Shown: positions 39,133 to 48,464 of the stretch, piece after piece
How positions within the stretch are numbered: position 1 is the stretch's first letter
Layout of the letters: each line of letters starts with the position of its first letter
NCBI GenBank assembly: GCA_963664405.1
Contig: OY761158.1
Location: forward strand, 3,200,001 to 3,264,000
Source of the DNA: Thermoanaerobaculia bacterium
Lineage (GTDB): Bacteria; Acidobacteriota; Thermoanaerobaculia; Multivoradales; Multivoraceae
Length of the DNA: 64,000 bases
Direction of reading: 5' to 3'
The notes under the pieces: model-generated
What the model saw: only the letters and a program-made list of their open reading frames with translations
Told to the model about the DNA's origin: nothing
Database searches by the model: none
Translations under genes and position numbers: made by a program

Positions 39133-41433
39133 CTAGCCTTTGATGATCTCGACTTTGACGGGACCCTTGACTCGCATCATGCACGCGAGTCGACACTCTC
39201 CGGGCTCCAACTCGCAGAGCTCCTCGAGAGTCTCGCGCTCCTGGGCGCTGGGCTCGCCATCGACGTTCTCGCGGCCGCTCAGAATGCGCACCGGGTCGCT
39301 ACCGCAGATGCCGGCGTGACACTCGGCGGTGATGTCTACACCTTGTGCCTCGGCGAGCTCGCAAACTGTTTGCCCCTTGGCGATGGGGAGTGTCTCGCCG
39401 CTGTCGGCGAATGTGACTTGCACGCCTGCGTCATCAGCGCTCGCTGGCCCCTCCTCGGGTGCAGGCTCGACCGAGGGAGTTGGCGGTGCCGGGCGTGACG
39501 AGGTTGGCTCAGCGACTGGGGGGTCGAGCACCTGATCGTCGCGTAGGCAGAAACCCAGAGTCTGCTGCCCAACCCGAAATTGATCACCGTGCTCCAGGCG
39601 CTTGGCACTTCTCACCCGGAGGTAGGTGCCATTGGCGCTGCCGAGGTCCTTGACGACGATCGAATCCGCCTCGACCGAGAGCGCGAGATGTCGCCTCGAC
39701 AGCGTTCGATCATCGGCGTCGAGGGTGACGTCAGGCGCCTGGCGGCCCAGTACCGTTGGCTTTTCGGATAGCTCATGGCGGCCGACTTCTGTGCCCTTCT
39801 GGTCGTAGTGGATGAACGACGAGCGACCGTCACTGTGGGAGACGACGAGGAATTGGTGACCGGCTCGCACCAGGTCTCGATTTTCGAGCTTTCTCTTTGC
39901 CGCGGGTGGGACGCGCAGAAAGACGCCCGTTGAGCTGCCATCGTCGCGGAGGAAAAAACCGTCATCTCCGTGGGAGATCGAAGCGTGGCGTGCCGACAAT
40001 AAAGTGTCGTTGGGCAGCATCACATCGCAGTCGCTGGCGCGGCCGATCGTGGTGACACCGGTCGCGGCGACCGGGTACTCGTCCGCCTCTACGCCGCTGG
40101 GAAGGAGCCGGACGAGGAAGGCACCTCGGCTCTCACCGGCCGCGGGATCCTCCTCATGGCCTTCGACAGAAGGACCCGACGCCGCGACGACCTGCGCCAC
40201 CGGCACCGAGGGCGGCACTTGGACCTCGTCGTCGGCATCTTCGACATGAACGTCGATGTGCTCATGGCCCTCGAGTCTCTGACGAATCGCTTCAGCGACC
40301 AGGACTCCGTCTCTCAACGCAGACTTGATGTTCCCGCGATGCTTGACCTCGCGCAGCTCGCGAGGGTCACAGTCGAAGTCCAAGGTCTCGAAGTGTGCCT
40401 GGCTGAGGACGTCGCCGACGAGAAAGACTCCCGGCTGGCAGGTTTCCAGCCAGGGGGTTACCACCATCCTCTTCTTGTTCCTTGGCCCGCCGGTCGCCAT
40501 CCTGACGCCACACGATCCCAGCAGCCCTTCGGGTATGTCTTCACCGATACACGCTATACAGCTGGTTTTGGGGAACTCGAGATGAGTTGTTTCGCTGGGT
40601 CGTCCGTTTATGCTTCGTCGGTCGACACGGAGCGACAGATACTCACGATGGTCGCCGGCGGTGACGATGGCAGAGGGCTCGCTGAGCGGGCAGTAGCGGA
40701 TATTTCCATTACCGACGTAGGCTTCGAAGAAGACCTCCGCCAAGGCCTTGGAGACTCGTGGCAACCGGTCACCCCGATAAGACCAGTAAATCGCGCTGTT
40801 GTCGTCCGCTTCGATCTTGGCGTTCGAGATCGCGATCACGGCCTCCGCAGCTGAAGTTCCTCCTCCGACTACGCATGCCGGGCTCCCTACGTAGTGCTCC
40901 GCCTCAGAGAGGCGAAATGCGATGCCGTCGGTGTTGCCCGGGATGTCGAAGCGTCGCGGCACTCCCCGGCCGATAGCGAGCACCGCACAGCGCGCCAGAA
41001 AGGTGTGGTCGCAGCGATCCGAGTGATTCCAGGTCTTGACCTCGAGGATGCCGTCGGGCCTTCGATCGATGGCGGTGAGCTCGAAACCGATTCTGGACTC
41101 GATCTCGTGCTTGGCGTGGAGGGCCTTGAAGCTGGTGCAGAGCTGGTCCTTGTCGATCGGCGAGAACTGAAGCCCGGCGACCAGATCCCCGCCCTTGGGG
41201 AAGCGCATTTTGTCGCCGCCTCCGAAATCGGGAAGGATGAGCTTGTCTTTCGAGTAGTCGCGGATCCTCTTCATCAAGTCGTCATACTCGATGACCAGTG
41301 CCTCGATGCCGAGCTCTCTGCAGCGAAGCGCGGCCGCCGTGCCTCCGGGGCCACCGCCGACGATCAGCGCATCGACGATCGATTTTGAAGTGCTCTCTTC
41401 ACTCACCCCTTCTTGCGTCTTGCCTTCACTCAC
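39133..41433 (-). CDS. TrxB-like FAD/NAD(P) oxidoreductase - FHA - FHA - [2Fe-2S] ferredoxin fusion
   Basis: GGGPGG and GGGTSA Rossmann motifs; IGR..SARH..DDGSSTG and LGR..SRRH..DLGSANGT FHA motifs; CHAGICGSD...RLAC. Confidence 0.82.
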   Translation of the reverse strand: MSEGKTQEGVSEESTSKSIVDALIVGGGPGGTAAALRCRELGIEALVIEYDDLMKRIRDYSKDKLILPDFGGGDKMRFPKGGDLVAGLQFSPIDKDQLCTSFKALHAKHEIESRIGFELTAIDRRPDGILEVKTWNHSDRCDHTFLARCAVLAIGRGVPRRFDIPGNTDGIAFRLSEAEHYVGSPACVVGGGTSAAEAVIAISNAKIEADDNSAIYWSYRGDRLPRVSKALAEVFFEAYVGNGNIRYCPLSEPSAIVTAGDHREYLSLRVDRRSINGRPSETTHLEFPKTSCIACIGEDIPEGLLGSCGVRMATGGPRNKKRMVVTPWLETCQPGVFLVGDVLSQAHFETLDFDCDPRELREVKHRGNIKSALRDGVLVAEAIRQRLEGHEHIDVHVEDADDEVQVPPSVPVAQVVAASGPSVEGHEEDPAAGESRGAFLVRLLPSGVEADEYPVAATGVTTIGRASDCDVMLPNDTLLSARHASISHGDDGFFLRDDGSSTGVFLRVPPAAKRKLENRDLVRAGHQFLVVSHSDGRSSFIHYDQKGTEVGRHELSEKPTVLGRQAPDVTLDADDRTLSRRHLALSVEADSIVVKDLGSANGTYLRVRSAKRLEHGDQFRVGQQTLGFCLRDDQVLDPPVAEPTSSRPAPPTPSVEPAPEEGPASADDAGVQVTFADSGETLPIAKGQTVCELAEAQGVDITAECHAGICGSDPVRILSGRENVDGEPSAQERETLEELCELEPGECRLACMMRVKGPVKVEIIKG

Positions 41434-41445
41434 GTCTCGCTCACC

Positions 41446-42324
41446 TCAGCTTGTTTGATCGTCGTCCCGAAGCCTCGTGCGCAATTTTCCGAAGGCGAGC
41501 TCCGAACCGATAGGAACGTCTGCTTCTCCATCGACGCGGACGCCTTCGAGGTAGGTGTGATTGCTGCTCCCTTCGTCTCGAATGCTAACGCGGCCGCTCG
41601 TTACCGTGATGGTTGCGTGGCTACGGGAGACTTCTTCGCTGTCGAGCCGAACGTCGGCTCTTCTCGATCGACCCACACGGTTGGCTCCTTCACGAAGAGC
41701 GATCGTGGGATGGGGCTCGTCCCTTTTCAGCACTTCCAGAAAGAAGCGCGGCTGGGGGTCTTCTTTTTCGAGCAGCGCCGGCGGCACGGCAACAACTTGC
41801 GCGTCGAAACCGGTTTGCTCGGCATCGACCTCCTGCTCTGCTCGAAGAGAAGGCGGGAGGGGAGGGAGCTCGGCCTCTACACTGGTGTGATCGGGGTCGA
41901 TTCGGTCCTTCGCTGCGCCTGTTCCATCATCGATCTCGGCTTCGTTGAGGCGCGGGGGCAGGACGATGGCCTCATTCTCTGCAAGGGTGGCGTCTTTGCG
42001 CTCCTTCTGGTCGCGGGTCGGCTGTTGAAGAAGCTGAAATATGAAATCGATATCGGTCGAGAAGGTGATGACGTTGAGATCACCGAGGCGCTCGACTCCA
42101 TCAATACCGACGCCGTCAACCTGGGTACCGTTGGTACTGTTCTGATCCTCTATCAGGTACGAGCCCTGCTCTTCCTCCCACCAAATGCGGGCGTGACTCG
42201 CCGAGATGGAGGGCGCTTCGAGGACGACGTCACTGCTCGGAGCCCGTCCTACCGTTGCCCCGTCGGCGAAGTCGAAAAGAGTGCCCTTGAAGGCGCCGGT
42301 CTTGCAGAAGAGTCTTGCGCTCAT
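41446..42324 (-). CDS. Dual FHA-domain protein
   Basis: VGR..SASH..DQNSTNGT and VGR..SRSH..DEGSSNHT joined by an acidic linker. Confidence 0.88.
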   Translation of the reverse strand: MSARLFCKTGAFKGTLFDFADGATVGRAPSSDVVLEAPSISASHARIWWEEEQGSYLIEDQNSTNGTQVDGVGIDGVERLGDLNVITFSTDIDFIFQLLQQPTRDQKERKDATLAENEAIVLPPRLNEAEIDDGTGAAKDRIDPDHTSVEAELPPLPPSLRAEQEVDAEQTGFDAQVVAVPPALLEKEDPQPRFFLEVLKRDEPHPTIALREGANRVGRSRRADVRLDSEEVSRSHATITVTSGRVSIRDEGSSNHTYLEGVRVDGEADVPIGSELAFGKLRTRLRDDDQTS

Positions 42325-42333
42325 CGCCCTTGC

Positions 42334-43896
42334 CTATTCGGTGTCGACGTAGAGCAACAGGTTGGATCTCTGGCTCTTGTTGGGGTGGAAATAGTGACAG
42401 GTGACACATCGATCGGAGGTGAGCTTCGGGTTGTGGCACTGTTGACAGGTCTCGATTCCCGCCAGGTTCAGGATCGCCGAATTGTCCACCGACTTGTCGA
42501 TCGCCTCTTGGCCGCCGGCGAGATCGCCGATAGGGATCTGGTTATGGCACTCGAGACAACGAACCTGCAGGATGTGAGCCCGATGATCGAAGTGGGCACG
42601 GCGGAGCACCCGCTGATCCGTTTCGACTCGGCGGATCCCTGCCTTCTCGATGGAGTGGCACTTCCTGCAAGCCTCGGTCAGTGCGTCGATGACCTCCTCC
42701 GTCGCGGTGACGGTCTCGTCGGCGAGCCCTGCTCGGCGCTGGAGGTCGAGGAGGAATCGGGTCTCGTCGAGGTCCGCATAAGGGTCTTCTAACTTGCGAG
42801 ACAGTGCAGCCAGGAGCTCGGTGATTCGTTCGAGGTCCTGCTGAACCTCGGGCTCAGGCCGCGAGCGCAGGCCTAGTGCCTGGGCTTCGAGGGCAGCGAT
42901 CGCTTCCTCGTATAGCACTCGGATCTGGTGCGGAGCCACATCCGGTGTAGTGCGCAGAAGATCGGTGAGCCCGAGATCCTCATAGAGGAGCCCGCGCAGC
43001 CTTCGCAGGTTCTCCATCACCCACGGATCTTCGTGATGGAGCGGCGTTTTCATCACCCTCGGGCCGCGCTGCCGGAACTCGTTGGGGTTGGTAAAGAGCG
43101 CCCACTCTGTTCCTGGTCTACCCTCGAGTTGAATCGTCGAAAGCGTGGAGACACCCGTGACGCCTGCGGCCGCCACCGGCAGGAAGGGGGTGGCGCCAGC
43201 CGTTGTCAGATGGCAGCTGTCGCAGTGCGCCTCGAAGTCGAGAGGCTCGAAGCTGGTGCCGTCCGGCCGCGGTCGATGGCAATAGAGGCACGACTGCTCG
43301 ACGTCGGTGAGCTCTTCGATCTTCATCACTTCGCGGATGTGCTGGATGTGTGCGAAGGCCAATCCTCCTCGCTCGGGTTGCCCGTTGGCAAGAGGCTCGA
43401 ACTGAGGGTGGCCGCTGTTGAAAGAGGCGAATTCGTGACAGCCGACACACTCGAGCTCCGCGACCCGCGTCAAAGGAGCTTCTCGTCCCTCGTGCTCGAC
43501 ATGGCAGTCCATACAGTCCGGCTCGGCGTCCTCGATGTGCACACGCTGCAGGTCCTGGCTTCGGTACACGTAGTGTGCGGCCAGGGTGTAGACGCCGAGC
43601 TCGTCGCCGAACTTTTCATGGCACCCAGAGCAACTGGCGGCCATGGTCTTGCCCTCACTGTGGCAGGAGCCGCAGTCGGACTCGAGTACCGCGTGACTGG
43701 AAGACAGGGGCCCGTTCGAAAGAGCGCCCCCTCCCCGTAGCCCTATGTCATAGAGAATGAAGCTCATCACCACCGAGACAAGAAGCGCACCGACCCATAG
43801 CAGCGGGTTGCGGGAGGCGGGGAACGAGTAGCCCCTGGCGACCGGCAGGCGCAGCCGACTGAAGGTGCCCTTCTTGCCCTTGATCGCGGGGCTCAT
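42334..43896 (-). CDS. Membrane-anchored decaheme c-type cytochrome
   Basis: N-terminal TM; 10 CxxCH (CGSCH, CSGCH, CMDCH, CVGCH, CLYCH, CDSCH, CRKCH, CLECH, CQQCH, CVTCH); F.H..H ligand motifs. Confidence 0.88.
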   Translation of the reverse strand: MSPAIKGKKGTFSRLRLPVARGYSFPASRNPLLWVGALLVSVVMSFILYDIGLRGGGALSNGPLSSSHAVLESDCGSCHSEGKTMAASCSGCHEKFGDELGVYTLAAHYVYRSQDLQRVHIEDAEPDCMDCHVEHEGREAPLTRVAELECVGCHEFASFNSGHPQFEPLANGQPERGGLAFAHIQHIREVMKIEELTDVEQSCLYCHRPRPDGTSFEPLDFEAHCDSCHLTTAGATPFLPVAAAGVTGVSTLSTIQLEGRPGTEWALFTNPNEFRQRGPRVMKTPLHHEDPWVMENLRRLRGLLYEDLGLTDLLRTTPDVAPHQIRVLYEEAIAALEAQALGLRSRPEPEVQQDLERITELLAALSRKLEDPYADLDETRFLLDLQRRAGLADETVTATEEVIDALTEACRKCHSIEKAGIRRVETDQRVLRRAHFDHRAHILQVRCLECHNQIPIGDLAGGQEAIDKSVDNSAILNLAGIETCQQCHNPKLTSDRCVTCHYFHPNKSQRSNLLLYVDTE

Positions 43897-43909
43897 GTCG
43901 GAAGATCAC

Positions 43910-44744
43910 TCAATAGTAGAGCACCGCGAAGACATGAAGGACGAGGAAGGCGACGAGCACCAGAGAGAGCGGAACGTGGGAATAGAGCCAGCATCGAAGG
44001 GGTAGTTGGAGAGTGTAGTGAGCGTCGAGCTCGAGCTTCGCCTCATAGAGGGCGGCGAGCTCGGTCAGCTTCTCCTGCTCCTCGGCTGAGGTGAGCCCTT
44101 TCAGATAGTGCAGATCCTTGAGATGGGACTGGATGCCTCCAGTGACGTCGGCGAAGTAGATCCACCGCCGACGCGGACCTTCGAAGGTGGGAGCCAGACG
44201 CGCTGCATAGAGTCTCTTCACCGGCTCGCTGCAGGAAGCGACACAAGACTCCGCCTTGGCGCGCACTTCGTCGACCAGCTCGGGGATACGCTCGTAGAGA
44301 ACTTCCACCGACAGCGCCGATCCGAGTACGCGGGGGATCCACTGTTGCAGCGCCAAGCCCAGAAGTCCGCTGGCGACGGTCCACAGGCTGAGGCCCCAGA
44401 GCCACCCCGTAGTCGTCCCCCTCGGGAGTCGAAAGCCGCTGTGCATGAGCATCAGCACAAGGAAGAGGCTGCCGCCGTAGATATGCAGATAGAGCCAGGA
44501 GCGGGCCGTTCCCAGACCCATTCTGATGGCGATGCGCATGGTGCGCCGGCGCATTCCGTATAGGGCGGCGGCAAGCATCAGAGTGGCGGCGCCAACGCCG
44601 TAGGCGACGCCCCAGGCATTGCCTTGGCCGGATCTCCGAGAAGGTGGCATTGGCTGCAAAGGAGAGGATGCACCCGCCGAATGCAGCCACGAACCCCCGG
44701 CGCCAAGCTGTTGCCTGCTTCCGCTTCATGTTTCGCCGCTGCAT
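43910..44744 (-). CDS. Integral membrane protein with four intramembrane His (cytochrome b-like); 1-nt frameshift at ~44624
   Basis: WLYLHIYGG, LMHSG, WLYSHVP, LHVF; N-terminal helix lies in another frame (SEIRP + extra base + GNAWG). Confidence 0.7.
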
Positions 44745-44757
44745 CTTGCTCAGAGTC

Positions 44758-46386
44758 TCACTCCCGCGATTGCATCAAGTCGCGAAACTCGTCGAGAGAG
44801 CCGACGCGGTAGGCGCAGCCTTGTGGGCAGTTGGCGGTACAGGCGGGGCCGTGCCCGCTGTCGTGACAGAGGTCGCACTTGCTGGCGACCAAACGATCCT
44901 TGCCCCGCAGCCCGGCCGGGATCATATTGTCCGCCCACTGTTCTCCGGTCTCGTGCATCACGATCGCGTCGTAGGGACAGTTGTTCGAGCATGACGAGCA
45001 ACCGATGCAGATCCTCTCTTCGATCTCGACGACGTCGGCCACTCCCGCGCGATGGATAGCCCCGGTGGGGCATCCCACGAGGCATACGGGATCTCTACAG
45101 TGGTAGCAGGATCGTGGAACGAGCAGATTGTCGACTTTGTTGCCTTCGCGAACGAAGCGCGGGCGACCCTCGTGAGTGGCGGCGCAAGCGCGCACGCAGT
45201 CGTCGCAGCGTGTGCATGCCTCGAGATCGATGACCAGGATGCTGTTCCCCTGCACCAGCCCTGAGTCGAGGGCGACCTGGGTGAACTCGGCATGGCCTAG
45301 ATCGCGGCGGCTGTAGCCGGCTTCCTTGAGCCGATCCACTGCTGTTCGCCACAGTCTGTCTTCGACCTCGGGGTAGGTGCGCAGGAGTTGCTGAAGGGCG
45401 TCTCCAGGCACTCGAATCAGCTCGCTGTACTCGACCGAGACGGCACCACTTTGCCATACCTCGATCCCCTCGATCAGGAGCTCGACTTCGCCGAGCGTCA
45501 TCCCTTTCGATAGGTACGAAGAGACGATCTTTCCTTCACCGAAGTCCTGGAGCAGCTTCACAAATCCGGAACGGACCATGAAGAGGTCGCCAGCCGGCGC
45601 GCCTTGTGGAACCAGCTCCTCTCCCGGGTCCAGCGAGATGAGCTCGATGGTCTCTTTGAGGCCCTCGATGAAGAGTTGCGAGCACCCCCGGAAGAGAGGT
45701 GAGCTCGAGAGTTGAAGGCCTAGCGACCTCTCGCGATAGATACTGTCGACACGCTCCTTGAGTGCCTTCGACTTTCGTTTCATCAGGCGGAGGGCGTTGA
45801 CCCTGATCTGCACCAGCTGGCAGTCCTCGGTGGTTCGCGCAGTCACCGACTGAGGCCAGCCGCTGAGGGCTCCGATCTCGCCGAAGAGGTCGCCGGGTCC
45901 AAGTCTGGCGCCGCTACCTCGTGGCAGGTCGAAGTCCATCGAGGCGAGAAAGGTGATCTCGGTGTCGGTCGAGGTGGGGAGCCTGGGAGTGGTGACCAGC
46001 TGCGTGTATCCGGTCTCCGCTCCCTGGGGGAAGGCGGTGCGGCGGAGGTCGAAAATGGGGATCGGCTCGGTGCTGTCTCCGATCGTTTCTACGAAGACCT
46101 CGACTTCACCGCTGAGGAGGAAGAAGGCGAGGTCGATGTAGGAGCCTTCCTCGAAAAGAACCGATCCCTTTCTCCAGGTAGTGATCGAGACGTCCGGGCT
46201 GATTCTCTCGAGGAAGGTCTCGTCGTAGTCGGAAAAGATCTCTAGTTCTTTGAGCTGGTGTGGAGTGGGCTTCTCGGAGACTTGGATGATGCCGGTGTGG
46301 TCGTCGGAGGAGGTCCACCGATCCTGGTACTGCTCAATCCTGCGCAGCATGGTCTTGCCGAGATCGCCGTCGTGAGGCTCGCTCAT
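44758..46386 (-). CDS. Two cNMP-binding domains + DmsB/NrfC-like 4x[4Fe-4S] domain
   Basis: FGEIGAL...ART and LGEVELL; CTRCDDCVRAC, CYHC..PVC...CP, CIGCSSCSNNCP, KCDLC...PAC...CP. Confidence 0.85.
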   Translation of the reverse strand: MSEPHDGDLGKTMLRRIEQYQDRWTSSDDHTGIIQVSEKPTPHQLKELEIFSDYDETFLERISPDVSITTWRKGSVLFEEGSYIDLAFFLLSGEVEVFVETIGDSTEPIPIFDLRRTAFPQGAETGYTQLVTTPRLPTSTDTEITFLASMDFDLPRGSGARLGPGDLFGEIGALSGWPQSVTARTTEDCQLVQIRVNALRLMKRKSKALKERVDSIYRERSLGLQLSSSPLFRGCSQLFIEGLKETIELISLDPGEELVPQGAPAGDLFMVRSGFVKLLQDFGEGKIVSSYLSKGMTLGEVELLIEGIEVWQSGAVSVEYSELIRVPGDALQQLLRTYPEVEDRLWRTAVDRLKEAGYSRRDLGHAEFTQVALDSGLVQGNSILVIDLEACTRCDDCVRACAATHEGRPRFVREGNKVDNLLVPRSCYHCRDPVCLVGCPTGAIHRAGVADVVEIEERICIGCSSCSNNCPYDAIVMHETGEQWADNMIPAGLRGKDRLVASKCDLCHDSGHGPACTANCPQGCAYRVGSLDEFRDLMQSRE

Positions 46387-48464
46387 TCGCTACTCCTCCT
46401 GATGCTTTGATAGAGGATCTCCAGCCGCTCCTTGATCAGCACAAGGGTCTCCTCGATCGATGCCATGTCGGTTGAGGGGAAGCTGGGCAGCTCGAGGGGC
46501 CCGGCTTCTTCTGCGGTGGAGATCGAGGATCGATCGATCGGTCGCGCGCGTGGCGGCAGCTGGCGGGCCGGCGATCGAGAAGCTCGCGCCTCAGAGATCG
46601 TAGGACCGCCGCTCGAGCTCGGAGAAGCTGATGTCGAGGGGCCGCCTGAAGAGGCGCTGGCGATCTCTACTTGCTCGACCGTCGGGATGCCACCTCGCTT
46701 GTCGAGGACCTTCGCCCATCCCGCCGCTAGATCTGTGGTGGAGGTTTGGGGGCGCTCCCAATGCTGGATCTTCGCTAAACGATCCTCGAGGTCGAAATCT
46801 TTGCCGGTCGGATGGCCGGTGGAAATGAGACCAGGATCGGTAATGTAGTGGCAGCCGGCGCAGCGGAGCGCCAAGGTCTCGGCATGTCGAAGGTCCTTCA
46901 TGCCGAGTCCGAGAGCCTTCTGGAAACCCGCTCGCCGCCGACCTTGCGACTTCTCTCCCTCCTTGTGGGGCTCGAGGTAGCGGTCGGCGGGGCCGTGGCA
47001 GCTCTGACAGCTGACCCCGTCCCAAATGTCGCGCCGCTCCTTGCCCGAGACGATGGTGCCGTGGCAGTCCATACACAGCTGGGTGCCCTTGGTCGACTGC
47101 GAGCTCGGGAGACCGTAGAAGCGAGCGACCTGCAAGTTCTTCGGCTCCTGATCGTGGAAGGGGGCTGCGGAGCCTTCATGGGGGTCACTGAGCCACCACG
47201 CGTTCTGTTGCTCGTGGCAGCCGCTACAGGCGCCGGCGTCGAGGGTCTTGTGCTGCTCCGGCGGCCGTAGCCTGGTCCTCTTCTCGTAGCTGACGGTTGT
47301 GATTGCGGCCGCGCGTGGGGAAGCCGCCTTGGCCGCGCCACTCGCCACTGCTGCCACTGGGGCCTCCGAGTCGCCGGCGCCGCGGATCGGAGCCGCCGAG
47401 GGCGTCCCGTCGGCGGTATTCGTTGCTAGGTCGACCGGCGCCGGATCAGCCGGCTCCGGCAGCCCCCTGCCCTCCACCAGAGGGTCGATGGCGGCGAGCT
47501 GGGAGCCATCATGATTCTCGACGAAGCGGCGCGTCTCAGCACCGACGCGATCGGCAAGATCGAGAAGATTGGCGGTGTTACCGAGCGTCACTTTGACGCC
47601 CCTGGCTGCAGTGAGGATCCGCACCGCTTCGGGGATCTCCGCGACAGAGCTCAGATCCTGGATCTCCGCTACCGCATTGCGAACCCGTCGCTGCATGCTC
47701 TTGGCGTAGATGCCCTGCTCTGTCGCGATCGCGAAGCCTCGAACACTGAACTCGAGGTCCAGCGCCCGGCCGACGAAGTACATGATCCGCTTGCGCTCCG
47801 GCGGTCGCTCGAGGTTCTCTTTCGAGCCGCCGAGCTGGGACTGGAGGAAGTTGTGCCGCATTGCTCCCTGGGAGCGCTCCACGAGCTCGAAGCCGACTGT
47901 CCCCGTGGTATGCCCACCTATATTGACCAACTTCTCATTGGGGACGAGATGACACTGAAAACAGTTCGCCCCCACCGGGTAGAGGTCGGAAGGCCTGCGC
48001 ATCCCGGCTTGGCGGCTCTCTTCGATGCGCTGGAGACGATGCTCGCTCGACTCGTCGATGTGGCTGCCGCCGGGCCCATAGTCATTGTGGCTGTCGATCC
48101 AATCCTTGCCGGCGCCATGACACGACTCGCAGGAGACTCCGGCGCTCGCGCGCAGTTGGTCTCTGCGTACCTGCGTCGTGTAGTGGCAGTTTAGACAAAG
48201 CGCATCTCGTTTGATCAGTCGGAACCCCATCCTGCCGGCAATCGTCTCTGCCGATTCGAGGCGGTGCAGAGTCTTGAAGCTGGTGGCGTGAGGAGTTCCC
48301 GACCACACCTCATACTCCTGGGCATGGCATTCGCCGCAGCGCTCCGCTGTGGCGATCTTCGCAGGGTCTTCGCGCGCGAAGGAGGCTGTCTCCTGCGCGC
48401 CGGTCCAGGATGCCGCACCAGAGACGGCGACGAGGACGGCAACGAGAAGCTTTGCCGGTGGCAT
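46383..48464 (-). CDS. Secreted octaheme cytochrome c (two c554/c552-like 4-heme modules)
   Basis: Signal peptide from ATG 48464; CGECH, CLNCH, CESCH, CFQCH, then Ala/Pro linker, then CSGCH, CMDCH, CQSCH, CAGCH. Confidence 0.85.
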   Translation of the reverse strand: MPPAKLLVAVLVAVSGAASWTGAQETASFAREDPAKIATAERCGECHAQEYEVWSGTPHATSFKTLHRLESAETIAGRMGFRLIKRDALCLNCHYTTQVRRDQLRASAGVSCESCHGAGKDWIDSHNDYGPGGSHIDESSEHRLQRIEESRQAGMRRPSDLYPVGANCFQCHLVPNEKLVNIGGHTTGTVGFELVERSQGAMRHNFLQSQLGGSKENLERPPERKRIMYFVGRALDLEFSVRGFAIATEQGIYAKSMQRRVRNAVAEIQDLSSVAEIPEAVRILTAARGVKVTLGNTANLLDLADRVGAETRRFVENHDGSQLAAIDPLVEGRGLPEPADPAPVDLATNTADGTPSAAPIRGAGDSEAPVAAVASGAAKAASPRAAAITTVSYEKRTRLRPPEQHKTLDAGACSGCHEQQNAWWLSDPHEGSAAPFHDQEPKNLQVARFYGLPSSQSTKGTQLCMDCHGTIVSGKERRDIWDGVSCQSCHGPADRYLEPHKEGEKSQGRRRAGFQKALGLGMKDLRHAETLALRCAGCHYITDPGLISTGHPTGKDFDLEDRLAKIQHWERPQTSTTDLAAGWAKVLDKRGGIPTVEQVEIASASSGGPSTSASPSSSGGPTISEARASRSPARQLPPRARPIDRSSISTAEEAGPLELPSFPSTDMASIEETLVLIKERLEILYQSIRRSSE

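Noticed and set aside
36941-42324. Type VI secretion regulatory module (kinase + FHA)
   Set aside because: No tss structural genes or phosphatase nearby; the FHA domains are embedded in a redox operon
44860-44885. CDLCH as a c-type heme site
   Set aside because: Part of the fourth [4Fe-4S] Cys group in a protein with no export signal
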